Below, in pieces: positions 1 through 10,809 of a stretch of 64,000 bases of DNA. Under the pieces are notes generated by a model that worked only from the letters and a program-made list of their open reading frames with translations, did not search any database and had not been told where the DNA came from. A program made the position numbers and the translations under genes. Source of the DNA: Octopus sinensis. Its lineage: Eukaryota. How positions within the stretch are numbered: the first letter of the stretch is position 1; the number at the start of each line of letters is the position of its first letter. The stretch spans positions 49,724,001-49,788,000 of the forward strand of contig NC_043014.1 in the NCBI RefSeq assembly GCF_006345805.1, written 5' to 3'.

Positions 1-128
1 ATAAACACACTCAAGTTCAGTACAATGTGTTTATTTATTATGGTAGTTTTGACTTTAAGGGTCCCTCCTTGTGTGAGGCATTTATGTATAGTAATGCACT
101 TAATATAAGTATATATATATATATATTA

Positions 129-349
129 ATAGTAATCGTATGACAACAAAATAATGAATGAGACCTCGATATTATGTAAATAGAGGAATTTATCTGTAAT
201 ATAATATGTGACAATTATTTGGTTGCCATAATAAAACTCTGAGTTTCAGATGTTGGGGCAGAAATCTGCTCCAGCATCTCATCAGTTATTAAGACAATCA
301 AAAAATGTCTTAATAACTGATGAGATGCCGGAGCAGATTTCTGCCCCAA
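129..349. mobile_element. Penelope-like non-autonomous element, asymmetric palindrome carrying a hammerhead motif (family 1)
   Basis: Inverted arms 253-296 and 306-349 with a 9-nt spacer. The left arm extends into a complete hammerhead-like motif on the minus strand. The element starts next to a (TA)n tract. Confidence 0.65.
229..291 (-). ncRNA. Minimal type I hammerhead ribozyme motif
   Basis: Minus strand reads taataa CTGATGA gatg-c-tgg-a-gcag-attt-ctgc-c-cca-a-catc t GAAA ctc-a-gag T T ttatta. Stem I is 6 bp, stem II is long, stem III is ACUC-A-GAGU and the cleavage triplet is GUU. There is one extra U before G12. Confidence 0.65.
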
Positions 350-361
350 AAGCTATAATAG

Positions 362-1590
362 CTGACCTCAATGGGGAATGAAGCTACATGCCAGACCTTG
401 ACAAGGGCCTCGTTGACTAAGTTCTGATATTTTCATTTCTTTACCTAGTGAGAAATAATAAGTCAGTCCTCCCAGGGTGCTGTGAGTTTGACCACAATGA
501 TTGTTTTTGTATTTGTGGAGAGCAGGAACATGTCTGGTTGGAGTGATGTCGCCACTGTCTCCTCTGGGGAAACTAGTCTTCCTCTCGGGTCCACTTGCAT
601 CACCCAGTCTGAGGCTGAACACAAAATAGAAAAGGAACCTCTTTCCATTGCTTTCCCCTTGGGAGCTTTGTCACCTTCCTTTAAGAATTCGATACCCTAT
701 GGTGGTGGTGGTGGTGGTGGTGGCTGGTATTTATTAGTCCTCACCCTTTGCAGATCAATCCACTTGGCAATTTCCACAAGAACCTTGTCATGTCTTCACT
801 TGTATTGGCCTTCTCCCAGAATTCTAGGGTATTTGGGAAGGCGGCGAGCTGGCAGAATCGTTAGCATGCCGGGCGAAATGCATAGCAGTATTTCGTCTGC
901 CGTTACATTCTGAGTTCATAATTCCACTGAGGTTGACTTTGCCTTTCATCCTTTCGGGGTCGATAAATTAAGTACCAGTTACACACTGGGGTCGATATAA
1001 TCAACTTAATCCGTTTGTCTGTCCTTGTTTGTCCTCTCTGTATTTAGCCCATTGTGGGTAGTAAAGAAATAGGTATTTGGTCAAAATGTCCTTGAGAGTG
1101 CAAAGATTTGCTTTGCATAGCTCGCATAGATTATCCCATATTTTAAGGTTGTTTGGGGTTGGTAAGAGGTCAGCATGAAAGAGAAAGGACTATCTTCCCT
1201 TGGCAGTGCTCCAGAGTTCCAGAGTTCCTTCTAAGACAGTGAATGCTTAAGTGTCTGTCCCACTGCACCCATTGACCCTGGTGGACAAGCCCTACTGCTT
1301 CACCTGCAGTTCCTCCTCATTATGATCTCTGTCTTGCCCCTGGTATCGGTGCTTTTCCACTTCTTGGTGCTGTAATTGCCAAGTCCCAGCCATCCTTGAT
1401 TCCTTGATAGACTGCTCCAGTAATCTCCTGGTGTTTCCTGTGTGTTTCTGCTTCCTTCACAGGAGGTTTCCTTCCTCTGCTTCCTTCCTGAGGGGTTTCC
1501 ATTTTCTGTCACATTTTACGGGTCTTGTTGGTGTGACTGACTTTCTCTCCTCAGACAGCAGTAACCTGGTGATTGCTCTTGCCCTTATGA
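362..1590 (-). mobile_element. Degenerate RLE-type non-LTR retrotransposon fragment (HERO-like), 3' part of the ORF
   Basis: Minus-strand translations across frames give KCDRKWKP..KEAETHRKHQEITGAV..GLG, DLLPTPNNLKIWDNLCELCKANLCTL (zinc knuckle), GQYK*RHDKVL and DWVMQVD..TSLQPDMFLLS..KTIIVVKLTAPWED..KYQNLV..FPI (PD-(D/E)xK-type RLE domain). It has stops and frameshifts and is interrupted by a SINE. Confidence 0.75.
837..1071 (+). mobile_element. tRNA-derived SINE, family B (Meta-domain-like core)
   Basis: Head ggcggcgagctggcagaa...gagttca, core gcctttcatcctttcggggtcgataaattaagtaccag, tail aaagaaa. A 9-bp TSD ggtatttgg is present at 828-836 and 1072-1080. Confidence 0.85.
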
Positions 1591-1619
1591 ACTGACGAAA
1601 TATTTACGTAAATACACCA

Positions 1620-1980
1620 TCCAAATGTGGCTGATGCCAGCGCTACCTCGACTGGCTTCTGTGCCGGTGGCACGTAAAAAGCACCATCCAAGTGTGACCA
1701 ATGCCAGCGCTGCCTTGACTGGCTTCCGTGCCGGTGGCACGTTAAAAGCACCAACCGATCGTGGCCGCTGCCAGACTCTCCTGGCACCTGTGCCGGTGGC
1801 ACGTAAAAAGCACCCACTACACTCGTGGAGTGGTTGGCGTTAGGAAGGGCATTCAGCTGTAGAAACACTGCCAGATCAGACTGGAGCCTGGTGCAGCCTC
1901 CTGGCTTCCCAGACCCCGGTCGAACCGTCCAACCCGTGCTAGCATGGAAAGCAGACGCTAAACGATGATGATGATGATGA
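1620..1980 (+). mobile_element. 5'-truncated RTE LINE 3' UTR copy (family C)
   Basis: Internal gtgccggtggcac repeats, then ggcgttaggaagggcatt/ccagctgtagaaa, ending in acgctaaac(gat)n. It matches the 3' UTR at 16690-17085. Confidence 0.8.
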
Positions 1981-2394
1981 TATGTATGTGTGTGTGTGCA
2001 TATGTACACACACACACAGACACACACACACAGACACACACACACACACCACACATTGATGTTTATTTTCCCCTCCATTAATTGTCCTAATTAAGCAATT
2101 GAATTTAACAAAGAGTCTCTCAGAGAACAAGCCACAAGGTCACCAGCTGGATTTGTTCATTCAATTATTCTTTTAATTCTTGTACTGCTTTCACTCATTG
2201 GCCTATGGCCATGCTGGGGCACTGTGTCGTGTCAAGGGGATGTTTTAGATCAGTTATATTGACCCCTTATATTTATTTCTGTCAGTTACCTTATTTTATT
2301 GTTCGCTGTAGATAGAAAGGTTAAAGTTATGGGACAGAAAGGGGCACAATTTGACATAGGTAAACAAAGACATGGATACCCCCTCCCGCATACA

Positions 2395-3055
2395 CGTGTG
2401 TGTGTTTGTGTATGTGCGTGTGAGTGTGTGTGTGTGTGTGAGTATTTGTGTGTGTGTGTAAGTGTTTATGTGTGTGTGAGTGAGTGTTTGTGTGTGTGAG
2501 TGAGTGTTTGTGTGTGTGTGACAGTGTTTGTGTGTGTGTGTGTGTGAGTGTTTGTGTGTGTGAGTGAGTGTTTGTGTGTGTGAGTGAGTGTTTGTGTATA
2601 TGTGTGTGTGAGTGAGTGTTTGTGTGTGTGTGTAAGTGTTTATGTGTGTGTGAGTGAGTGTTTGTGTATATGTGTGTGTGAGTGAGTGTTTGTGTGTGTG
2701 AGTGAGTGTTTGTATGTGTGTGTGAGTGTTTGTGTGTGAGTGAGTGTTTGTGTGTGTGTGACAGTGTTTGTGTGTGTGTGAGTGAGTGTTTGTGTATATG
2801 TGTGTGTGTGAGTGAGTGTTTGTGTGTGTGAGTGAGTGTTTGTGTGTGAGTGAGTGTTTGTATGTATGTGTGTGTGTGTGTGAGTGTTTGTGTGTGAGTG
2901 AGTGTTTGTATGTATGTGTGTGTGTGTGTGAGTGTTTGTGTGTGTGTGTGAGTGTAAGTGTTTATGTGTGTGTGTGTTTGTGAGTGTTTGTGTGTTTGTG
3001 AGTGTTTGTGTGTGTATGAGTGAATGTTTGTCATTGTGAGTGTACGTTTGTGTTT
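2395..3055. repeat. (GT)n-based compound microsatellite / low-complexity tract
   Basis: gtgtgtgagtgagtgttt-type units are directly visible. Confidence 0.95.
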
Positions 3056-3334
3056 CTTCATTTACTTTTACATCCATTCTTCCATGCCAGCATGGGTCAG
3101 GTGAATGCATTATCGAGGCATTGTCTTACAGCTGGATGCTCTTCCTGTCGCTAACCCTCACCCATTTTTCAACAAAGGTGTCTCTTATTATTTTACCGTA
3201 TCTTCAAAACAGGTGATTTGTTGACTGAAGAAGTAACAACACCAACACTAGCTGCAGGTTGCAGTGAGCAATTTACATGCACCCCAGATGCAAACAAACA
3301 CTTGCACACACTTACACATACATTCATATACATT

Positions 3335-3368
<34 letters not shown>

Positions 3369-3632
3369 CTTTAATGTCCACTTTTCTGTGCAGGCTTGGA
3401 TCAGATGGAATTCATTGAGTCAGATTTTCTACAGACGGATGCCCTTCCTGCTGCCAACCCTCAGCTGTTCCCAGGCAAGATAATATTTCCCCATGACCTG
3501 ACATGTTAGGAAGGGCATCCAGCTGTAGAAACACTGCCAGATCAGATTGGAGCCTGGTGCAGCCTCCATGGCTTACCAGACCACAGTCAAACCGTCCAAC
3601 CCATGGAAAGCAGACATTAAACGATGATGATG

Positions 3633-3721
<89 letters not shown>

Positions 3722-3779
3722 ATATATATGTATATATATGTATGTATATATATATGTATGTATGTGTGTATGTATATAT

Positions 3780-3816
<37 letters not shown>

Positions 3817-4616
3817 TAAAGACACCTTCAATATCGTGAATGACTGGGATTGCATTCAGAAAGTTCCCTTCCAAAGTAAATGTCCAGGCAAAAACTTGGC
3901 ACCAGTGACGTCACAACTCATTTCTACAGCTCAGTGAACTGGAGCAAAGTGAAATAAAGTGTCTTGCTCAAGAACACAACATATAGCCTGTTCTGGGAAT
4001 CAAACTCACAGCCTCACAATTGTAAGCCTGATGTTCTAACCACTGAGCTATGTGCCTTTACACACACACACACACACACACGCACACACACACACACACA
4101 CACATATATACACACATACACTCACACACACTTTACATTTCAGATTATTGTGTAATGTAGAATAGGAAATATGTCCCTTATGCAAGACTGTCCTCAGTTA
4201 ATCCATTTCAAAATATTAATCAACTGATGGAATTTGTTCTGTATATATATATATATTATATTATATTATATTATAGAGAGGTGGTTGGAAACAAGGGCAC
4301 CGAAAGCAAGATACCCGTGCCGGTGACACATTAAAAGCACCGTCCGAACGTGGCAGATGCCAGCACCGTCTGACTGGCGTCCGTGTCGGTGACACTTAAA
4401 AGTGCCGACCGATTGTGGCCGTTTGCCAGCCTCCTCTGGCCCCTGTGCCAGTGGCACATAAAAAGCATCCACTACACTCACGGAGTGGTTGGCGTTAGGA
4501 AGGGCATCCAGCTGTAGAAACACTGCCAGATCAGACTGGAGCATGGTGCAGCTTCCTGGCTTCCCAGACCCCGGTCGAACCATTGAACCCATGCTAGCAT
4601 GGAAAACGGATGTTGA

Positions 4617-4807
4617 CCCTTTAGTGTTTGCATTATTCTGCCAAAATTAATCCTTTTTTATCCAAATTGTTTTGAACTAATCATGCATTATCTTGTAGCG
4701 ATGAGAATTTTTAAGATGATATTGTAGGGTTGGTGTAAGAGACCAGATATGGCCAGTTTGAACGTAAAACAGGCAGAATAGTTTTGGCCGGTTTAAATGC
4801 TAAAGGG
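4617..4807. mobile_element. piggyBac-like MITE inserted in the TTAA of an RTE-tail copy
   Basis: Ends ccctttagtgtt / aatgctaaaggg, flanked by TTGA (4613-4616) and TTAA (4808-4811). It splits the ggatgttaa|atgatgatg tail. Confidence 0.7.
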
Positions 4808-4859
4808 TTAAATGATGATGATGATGATGATGTATGGAGAATGTGGCTGGGTGTGTTAA

Positions 4860-5081
4860 CCCTTTCATTACTCTATTTATTTTGAGATGCTCTGTGTTTC
4901 TTTTAATTAATTTTAAATATAACAAAGAATTTAGCAAAATAACTTAGTTATCATTCAGTTAGGGTTAGTAACATAAATTGTGACTAAGGTTTGGTGGAAG
5001 ATTTTAATTCAAAACCTATGAAAACAACACATTTGTACTACAGAGCCAGAAGTGGTTTCAGCCGGGTTGGTAACGAAAGGG
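4860..5081. mobile_element. piggyBac-like MITE (about 222 bp)
   Basis: TIR ccctttc(a/g)ttac / gtaacgaaaggg with TTAA on both sides (4856-4859 and 5082-5085). A second copy lies at 37388-37609. Confidence 0.85.
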
Positions 5082-5344
5082 TTAACAGATCTGGTCAGTG
5101 AACTCACTTCAACTGCGAAGTGAGTTCACTGCAGCAACAGATAAGTAATGAAGTATGGTGTGGATATTTCGCTAAGTGAAGTGTTCAACGTGTGCAGTGT
5201 TGGGAATTAGAGCTGAGTTGACACAGACATAGAAACAAATCACTGAAGGTACAAACATAGAGTGCATACCTGTAATTGGATTCTGTACGAAAGTTGTTTA
5301 TGCTGAAAAGAAGAGTGCAACAAAACTTAAGTAACCTGAGAAAA

Positions 5345-5559
5345 CTCTCTTTTGTTTTTGTTTTTTTCTTTACTTGTTTCAGTCATTTGACTGTGGCCAT
5401 GCTGGAGCACTGCCTTTAGTTGAGCAAATCGACCCCAGGACTTATTATTTGTAAGCCTAGTACTTATTCTATCGGTTTCTCTTTTGCCGAACTGCTAAGT
5501 TACGGGCATGTAAACACACCGGCATCGGTTGTTAAGCAATGTTGGCGGGACAAACACAG

Positions 5560-5594
<35 letters not shown>

Positions 5595-5768
5595 CATATA
5601 TACTTATACACGATAGGCTCCTTTCAGTTTCCGTCTACTAAATTCACTCACAAGGCTTTGGTCGGCCCAAGGCTATAGGAGAGGACACTTGCCCAAGGTG
5701 CCACGCAGTGGGACTGAACCCGGAACCATGTGGTTCGTAAGCAAGCTACTTACCACACAGGCACTCCT
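5345..5768 (-). mobile_element. tRNA-derived CORE-type SINE, family A
   Basis: Reverse complement shows A/B boxes (ggctgtgtggtaag-type head ... ggttcagtccc), CORE-like caccttgggcaagtgtc, an internal (TA)/(TG) tract and a tail ending gaaacaagtaaa. Confidence 0.85.
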
Positions 5769-6126
5769 ACGCCTGTGAACATTTATGTGAAAACATATAG
5801 CAAAAATCACTGCAAGAGTACAGTGTATAGTGGGAGTACAAGATGGAGGATGTGTAATCGATCTGAGAAAATGGGACACCGTGGAAAATGTGCATTCATG
5901 TGAAATGGTCACCTGCAAGGAATGAATGTGACATTAAATTGAAACATAACTGTGTTGCAAGGTTATAAGCATGTGAATGAATGAATGAAGTTTGTAGGTC
6001 AGAAATTATTTTTAACACAATGGAAAGAAATATAATAACGAACTTATTGTATTTAGTGGACAGGTGCACTACAACTCAGCAGAAAAAGTAGCCAAAAGTG
6101 CATGTAAAGTGCATATATTGGGTTAC

Positions 6127-6528
6127 TCTTTTACTCTTTTACTTGTTTCAGTCATTTGACTGCGGCCATGCTGGAGCACCGCCTTTAATCGAGCAACTCG
6201 ACCCCAGGACTTATTCTTTTGTAAGCCCAGTACTTATTCTATCGGTCTCTTTTGCCGAACCGCTAAGTAACGGGGACATAAACACACCAGCATCAGTTGT
6301 CAAGCAATGCTAGGGGGACAAACACAGACACACAAACACACACACACACATGTATATATATACATATATACGACGGGCTTCTTTCAGTTTCCATCTACCA
6401 AATCCACTCACAAGGCTTTGGTCGGCCCGAGGCTATAGTAGAAGACACTTGCCCAAGGTGCCACGCAGTGGGACTGAACCTGGAACCATGTGGTTGGTAA
6501 ACAAGCTACTTACCACACAGCCACACCT
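6127..6528 (-). mobile_element. CORE-type SINE, family A
   Basis: Near full-length match to the + strand copy at 44522-44936. Confidence 0.85.
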
Positions 6529-6544
6529 GCGTCCGGAAAGTTCG

Positions 6545-6950
6545 TGCCGATTTATACGTATGTCCTTGGCTGTCACAGCCCATGTTTCACTGCCATGCAG
6601 TATAGCTGTTCACACACAGGCATCATACGGTCTGCCTTTCGCTCTGAGAGAGTGGCCCTTTGTTGCCAGCAGAGGTAAGAGCTCTCTGAACTTTGCCCAG
6701 CCTAATCTTATTCTTACAGCTATGCTCTTGGAGCATCAACCTCTGCTACTGACATGGTCACCTAGATAACTGAAGCTATCTAATACCTCTAGCTTACCCA
6801 CCTGGCAGTTGATGGAGTCTATTTTCTGTACATTTTCGTTGTTTATTGTACCTGTGCATCTTCCACATACGAAAGCTATTTTCCCTGTTAACCTTCCTCT
6901 GATATTGCTGCACCTCTTATGTGTCCATAGCTTATGGAGTTTCTACCGAT
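6545..6950 (-). mobile_element. RTE LINE reverse-transcriptase fragment
   Basis: The reverse complement encodes a segment (WTHKRCSNIRGRLTGKIAFVCGRC..LEVLDSFSYLGDHVSSRG..AKFRELLPLLATKG) homologous to 15800-16190. Confidence 0.8.
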
Positions 6951-7057
6951 GCCTTTTCAACAGATCAAGCAGGACCATCTACCTGAGGGGATTTGTGATT
7001 TGTCTGCCTTCCTACTTACTAAGACTTTGGTTTTTGCTAGACCTTGCTGTATGTATG

Positions 7058-7093
<36 letters not shown>

Positions 7094-7162
7094 TGTATGT
7101 ATGTATGTATGTATGTATGTATGTTTGTATGTATGTACGTACGTACGTATGTATGTATATAT

Positions 7163-7460
7163 GGAGGTGCAATGGCCCAGTGGTTAGGGCAGCAGATTCG
7201 CGGTCAAAGGATCGCGGTTTCGATTCCCAGACCGGGCGTTGTGAGTGCTTATTGAGCAAAAACACCTAAAAGCTCCACGAGGCTCCGGCAGGGCGTGGTG
7301 GCGATCCCTGCTGTACTCTTTCACCACAACTTTCTCTCACTCTTTCTTCTGTTGGCCTGCTCGCTTAGCCAGTGGGGTGGCGTCATTTGAAGGCTAGAAC
7401 AATGCGAAGCGCATTGTGACCAGCGATGTGTAGCAACAGTTGATAGCCTGGTCGGTCATG

Positions 7461-7465
<5 letters not shown>
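7163..7465 (+). mobile_element. tRNA-derived SINE, family D
   Basis: ggaggtgcaatggcccagtggttaggg (A box) ... ggtttcgattccc (B box). The head and first half are shared with 38056-38371. Confidence 0.8.
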
Positions 7466-7514
<49 letters not shown>

Positions 7515-7520
7515 TATATA

Positions 7521-8290
7521 TGAGGTCTGATCAATAAGTATCCAGACTGTTGCCATAGTAACAAAGCTAAAGCATGCAGAGAAAGTCACATGACACAGAT
7601 TGACCTTGAACTCTGCCGTGCACGCATACTAAGTTTTAACATTTTAGCTCATTTTCGCTGTTTACAGCAGTGCTTGGAAGGAAGGTGTGTAGCATGTGAT
7701 TGTCGCATTGACCATAACAGAGAAAGTTGTCATGACATTACCTGCTCAGAAGCTTGTGTAAAGTTGCAGAAAGTGTATGGAGAGGAGTGTATGAGCCACA
7801 CGCAAATGTATGAGTGGTTCAGACATTTCCAAGACGACTGGAAAAATGTCAATATTGAACGTTCTGGGAGACCCGCAACTAGCAGACCTGAGAAAAACAT
7901 CGCAGATGAACATGCAGCTGTGAGGAGAAATTGTCAAATTATCATCCATGAGATATCAGAGGATGTTCAGATTAGTTACGGTTCAGTTCAGTTATCACTG
8001 AAGATTTGGGTATGAGACCATAAGCCTCTGAGCCAGTATCACCAAGCTTTTGACAAAAATTGATGCAGATTCTCTGCTCAACTTTCTCTGTCAAGGTCAG
8101 TGCGATATGATCACATGCTACACACCTTCCTTCCAAGCACTGCTGTGAACAGCAGAAGTGAACTAGAAAGTTAAAACTTTGTGCGCATGCGCAGCAGAGC
8201 CCAAGGTTAACTTGTGCCAAGTGGCTTCACTCTGTGTGCTTTAGCTTCGTAACTATAGCAACAGTCCAGATACTTATTGATCAGACCACA
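7521..8290. mobile_element. Non-autonomous mariner derivative with an N-terminal transposase (HTH) remnant
   Basis: TIR gaggtctgatcaataagtatccagactgttgc with its inverse at about 8258-8290, and TA at the left end. The remnant KLQKVYGEECMSHTQMYEWFRHF..ERSGRPATS..HEISEDVQISYGSV lies at about 7750-8000. Confidence 0.85.
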
Positions 8291-8439
8291 CATATATATA
8301 TGTCAACCATCCTATCCATGCATGGAAGACGGACTTTAAACAAGGATGACAACGGCATATATATATATATATATATGTACACAACACACCATATATACAC
8401 ACACACGTATATTCATCCTTCAACCTCTATTTACTCATC

Positions 8440-8485
<46 letters not shown>

Positions 8486-8486
8486 C

Positions 8487-8517
<31 letters not shown>

Positions 8518-8562
8518 GTGTGTATATTTTACATTTACATACATTCGCTCTCCTCCCCCACA

Positions 8563-8605
<43 letters not shown>

Positions 8606-8824
8606 TATATATAAATATACTACTACAGAAATATTCTTTTAAAAAAACTTTTCTTATAATTTTCTAAATTTAATTATTTAATCGTTACAGTTGAAAATGA
8701 CCGAAACCGGTACTGAAAGATTCACTATAAAATTATCTTAGCATTTTCTATTTTGACTTGTTTTTTCATATATATCAACTCGTGTGTTCCTTTCCACCCT
8801 TATACATATATATATATATATTAT

Positions 8825-8913
<89 letters not shown>

Positions 8914-8930
8914 CATACATATATATATAT

Positions 8931-9127
8931 AACGGGAAGGTTTACGAAAATAAACAAAAGACGAAGGCAGGTGGAGTACAAACAAACAAATGTATTAGTA
9001 TGGCGCTCAGGAATAGAAATAGAACAAGTCTTTTACGTTTCGAGCCTACGCTCTTCGACAGAAAGATACACAGAAAAAAAAAACAAGGAAAGAAAAAAAA
9101 GCGTGTAGGAGCTAACGATCTATGATG
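8931..9127 (-). mobile_element. Penelope-like non-autonomous element with a hammerhead-like motif (family 2)
   Basis: A non-simple island of about 200 bp between two (TA)n tracts, containing the motif at 9029-9066. Confidence 0.6.
9029..9066 (-). ncRNA. Minimal type I hammerhead-like motif with a variant core (A6U, extra A after A9)
   Basis: Minus strand reads tcttt CTGTCGA a gagc-gtag-gctc GAAA cg T A aaaga. Stem I is 5 bp, stem II is 4 bp, stem III is the palindrome ACGU and the triplet is GUA. Confidence 0.6.
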
Positions 9128-9200
9128 GTGTATATCTATATATATATATATATATATATATACTTATTCATCCATTTCTTTCTCTCTCTCTCTCACACAT

Positions 9201-9233
<33 letters not shown>

Positions 9234-9541
9234 GATGTATATATACATACCTGCCCCTCTACCATTTGCTTCCCCCCTTCCCTAGGAACTGCGAGGAAGT
9301 TTCCAGCAACAACTCTAAGTTCCATGTAGTTTGGCACTGTGTGGAGATATCTGAGACTCTCACAATTCTGCCAAATAACTGATTTCCAGACAGACTCTCA
9401 GACAATGTCAGACTTCAGTTGCTTCCACCGCCAAATCAATTACCTGCCACCCTGAACACACAAACCAACCTCACAATCTCTGCCTGATCTTACAACCCGC
9501 TTGAAATAGCAGCCAAATCTTCATCAGTTCACACCCTACTC

Positions 9542-9935
9542 TCTTTACTCTTTTACTTGTTTCAGTCATTTGACTGCGGCCATGCTGGAGCACCGCCTTT
9601 AATCGAGCACTCGACCCCGGGACTTATTCTTTTGTAAGCCGGTACTTATTCTATCGGTCTCTTTTGCCAAACCGCTAAGTAACGGGACATAAACAACCAG
9701 CATCGGTTGTCAAGCAATGCTAGGGGGACTAACACAGATGCACAAACACACACACGCATATATATATACATATATACGACGGGCTTCTTTCAGTTTCCGT
9801 CTACCAAATCCACTCTCAAGGCTTTGGTCGGCTCGAGGCTATAGTAGAAGACACTTGGCCAAGGTGCCACGCAGTGGGACTGAACCCGGAACCATGTGGT
9901 TGGTAAACAAGCTACTTACCACACAGCCACTCCTG
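9542..9935 (-). mobile_element. CORE-type SINE, family A
   Basis: Same structure as 6127-6528. Confidence 0.85.
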
Positions 9936-9948
9936 TGCTTATATATAT

Positions 9949-10184
9949 ACTGGCAAGAGATTTAGCTGCTATTTCTAAGACACTAAAGGATTTCTTAAAG
10001 GCTCTCATTTTATGTCATATAACTTGCCTGGTTTTTGTTCTTTTTTTTTTTGAAGATAGTATATACTATATACTATCTTCAAAAAAAAAAAAGAACAAAA
10101 ACCAGGCAAGTTATATGACATAAAATGAGAGCCTTTAAGAAATCCTTTAGTGTCTTAGAAATAGCAGCTAAATCTCTTGCCAGT
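9949..10184. repeat. Near-perfect 236-bp palindrome (about 117-bp arms, 1-nt centre)
   Basis: actggcaagag...gaagatagtatata C tatatactatcttc...ctcttgccagt. The only difference seen between arms is T11 versus A12. Confidence 0.95.
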
Positions 10185-10809
10185 CACGCTCTGACATCTT
10201 AAAGATGGAAGGGCACTTTCAGAAGCCAAGATGGTCATGGCCTGCTGGATTAGAGCTAACCTAAGACTTGACAACAACAAAGACAGATACACTGGATAAG
10301 ATAGTATAAAATGTACAAAAAGACAGGGTGGTCATGGATGAAATATGTTTGACCATGGATTTTCTTGATCCCTCTGAAAGGGTGAAAGGTAAAGTTGATG
10401 TCAGCAGGAATTGAACTCAGAGCATAAGGAGCTGGAATACATAATGTTTAATTTGAGACTGGAGGTGGTGGTGGTGGTGGGAGTGGCAGTTATGGTTGCA
10501 TGGTAGAACTGTTGTTGTTGTTTAACACCAGGTCAACCCTGATCAAGAAGACCTACACTCAAAGACATGATTGTCACATCTTGTTTTTCAGACATGATAC
10601 AAATTATTTATCATTGCATTGTTCAGAGTGTCCTTCCTTTTATAAAACAGTTTGGTGTGATTTCAGATGAATTTCTTCGCTATTTCTAGCAAATTGAGCA
10701 AGCTGTTCTTCCCTTCTTATAGGGTCACAATGTTGTTTGCTATGATAGTATTGTTGCTGATAATGTTGGTCTATAGTGATAAATTTGGTTATGTTATGGT
10801 TGTGATAAT

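Noticed and set aside
1072-1080. Apparent family B multimer junction (aaagaaataggtattt)
   Set aside because: It is explained by the 9-bp TSD ggtatttgg also present at 828-836, so it is not counted among the multimer junctions.
2327-3110. T/H-rich ORFs of 156-244 aa, and similar ORFs at 42421, 54107-54702, 59240-60659 and 63381-63839
   Set aside because: They are translations of (GT)n, (CTT)n and (TA)n microsatellites.
7590-8015. Functional mariner transposase gene
   Set aside because: Only an N-terminal HTH remnant with an internal deletion remains, and there is no DD34D catalytic domain.
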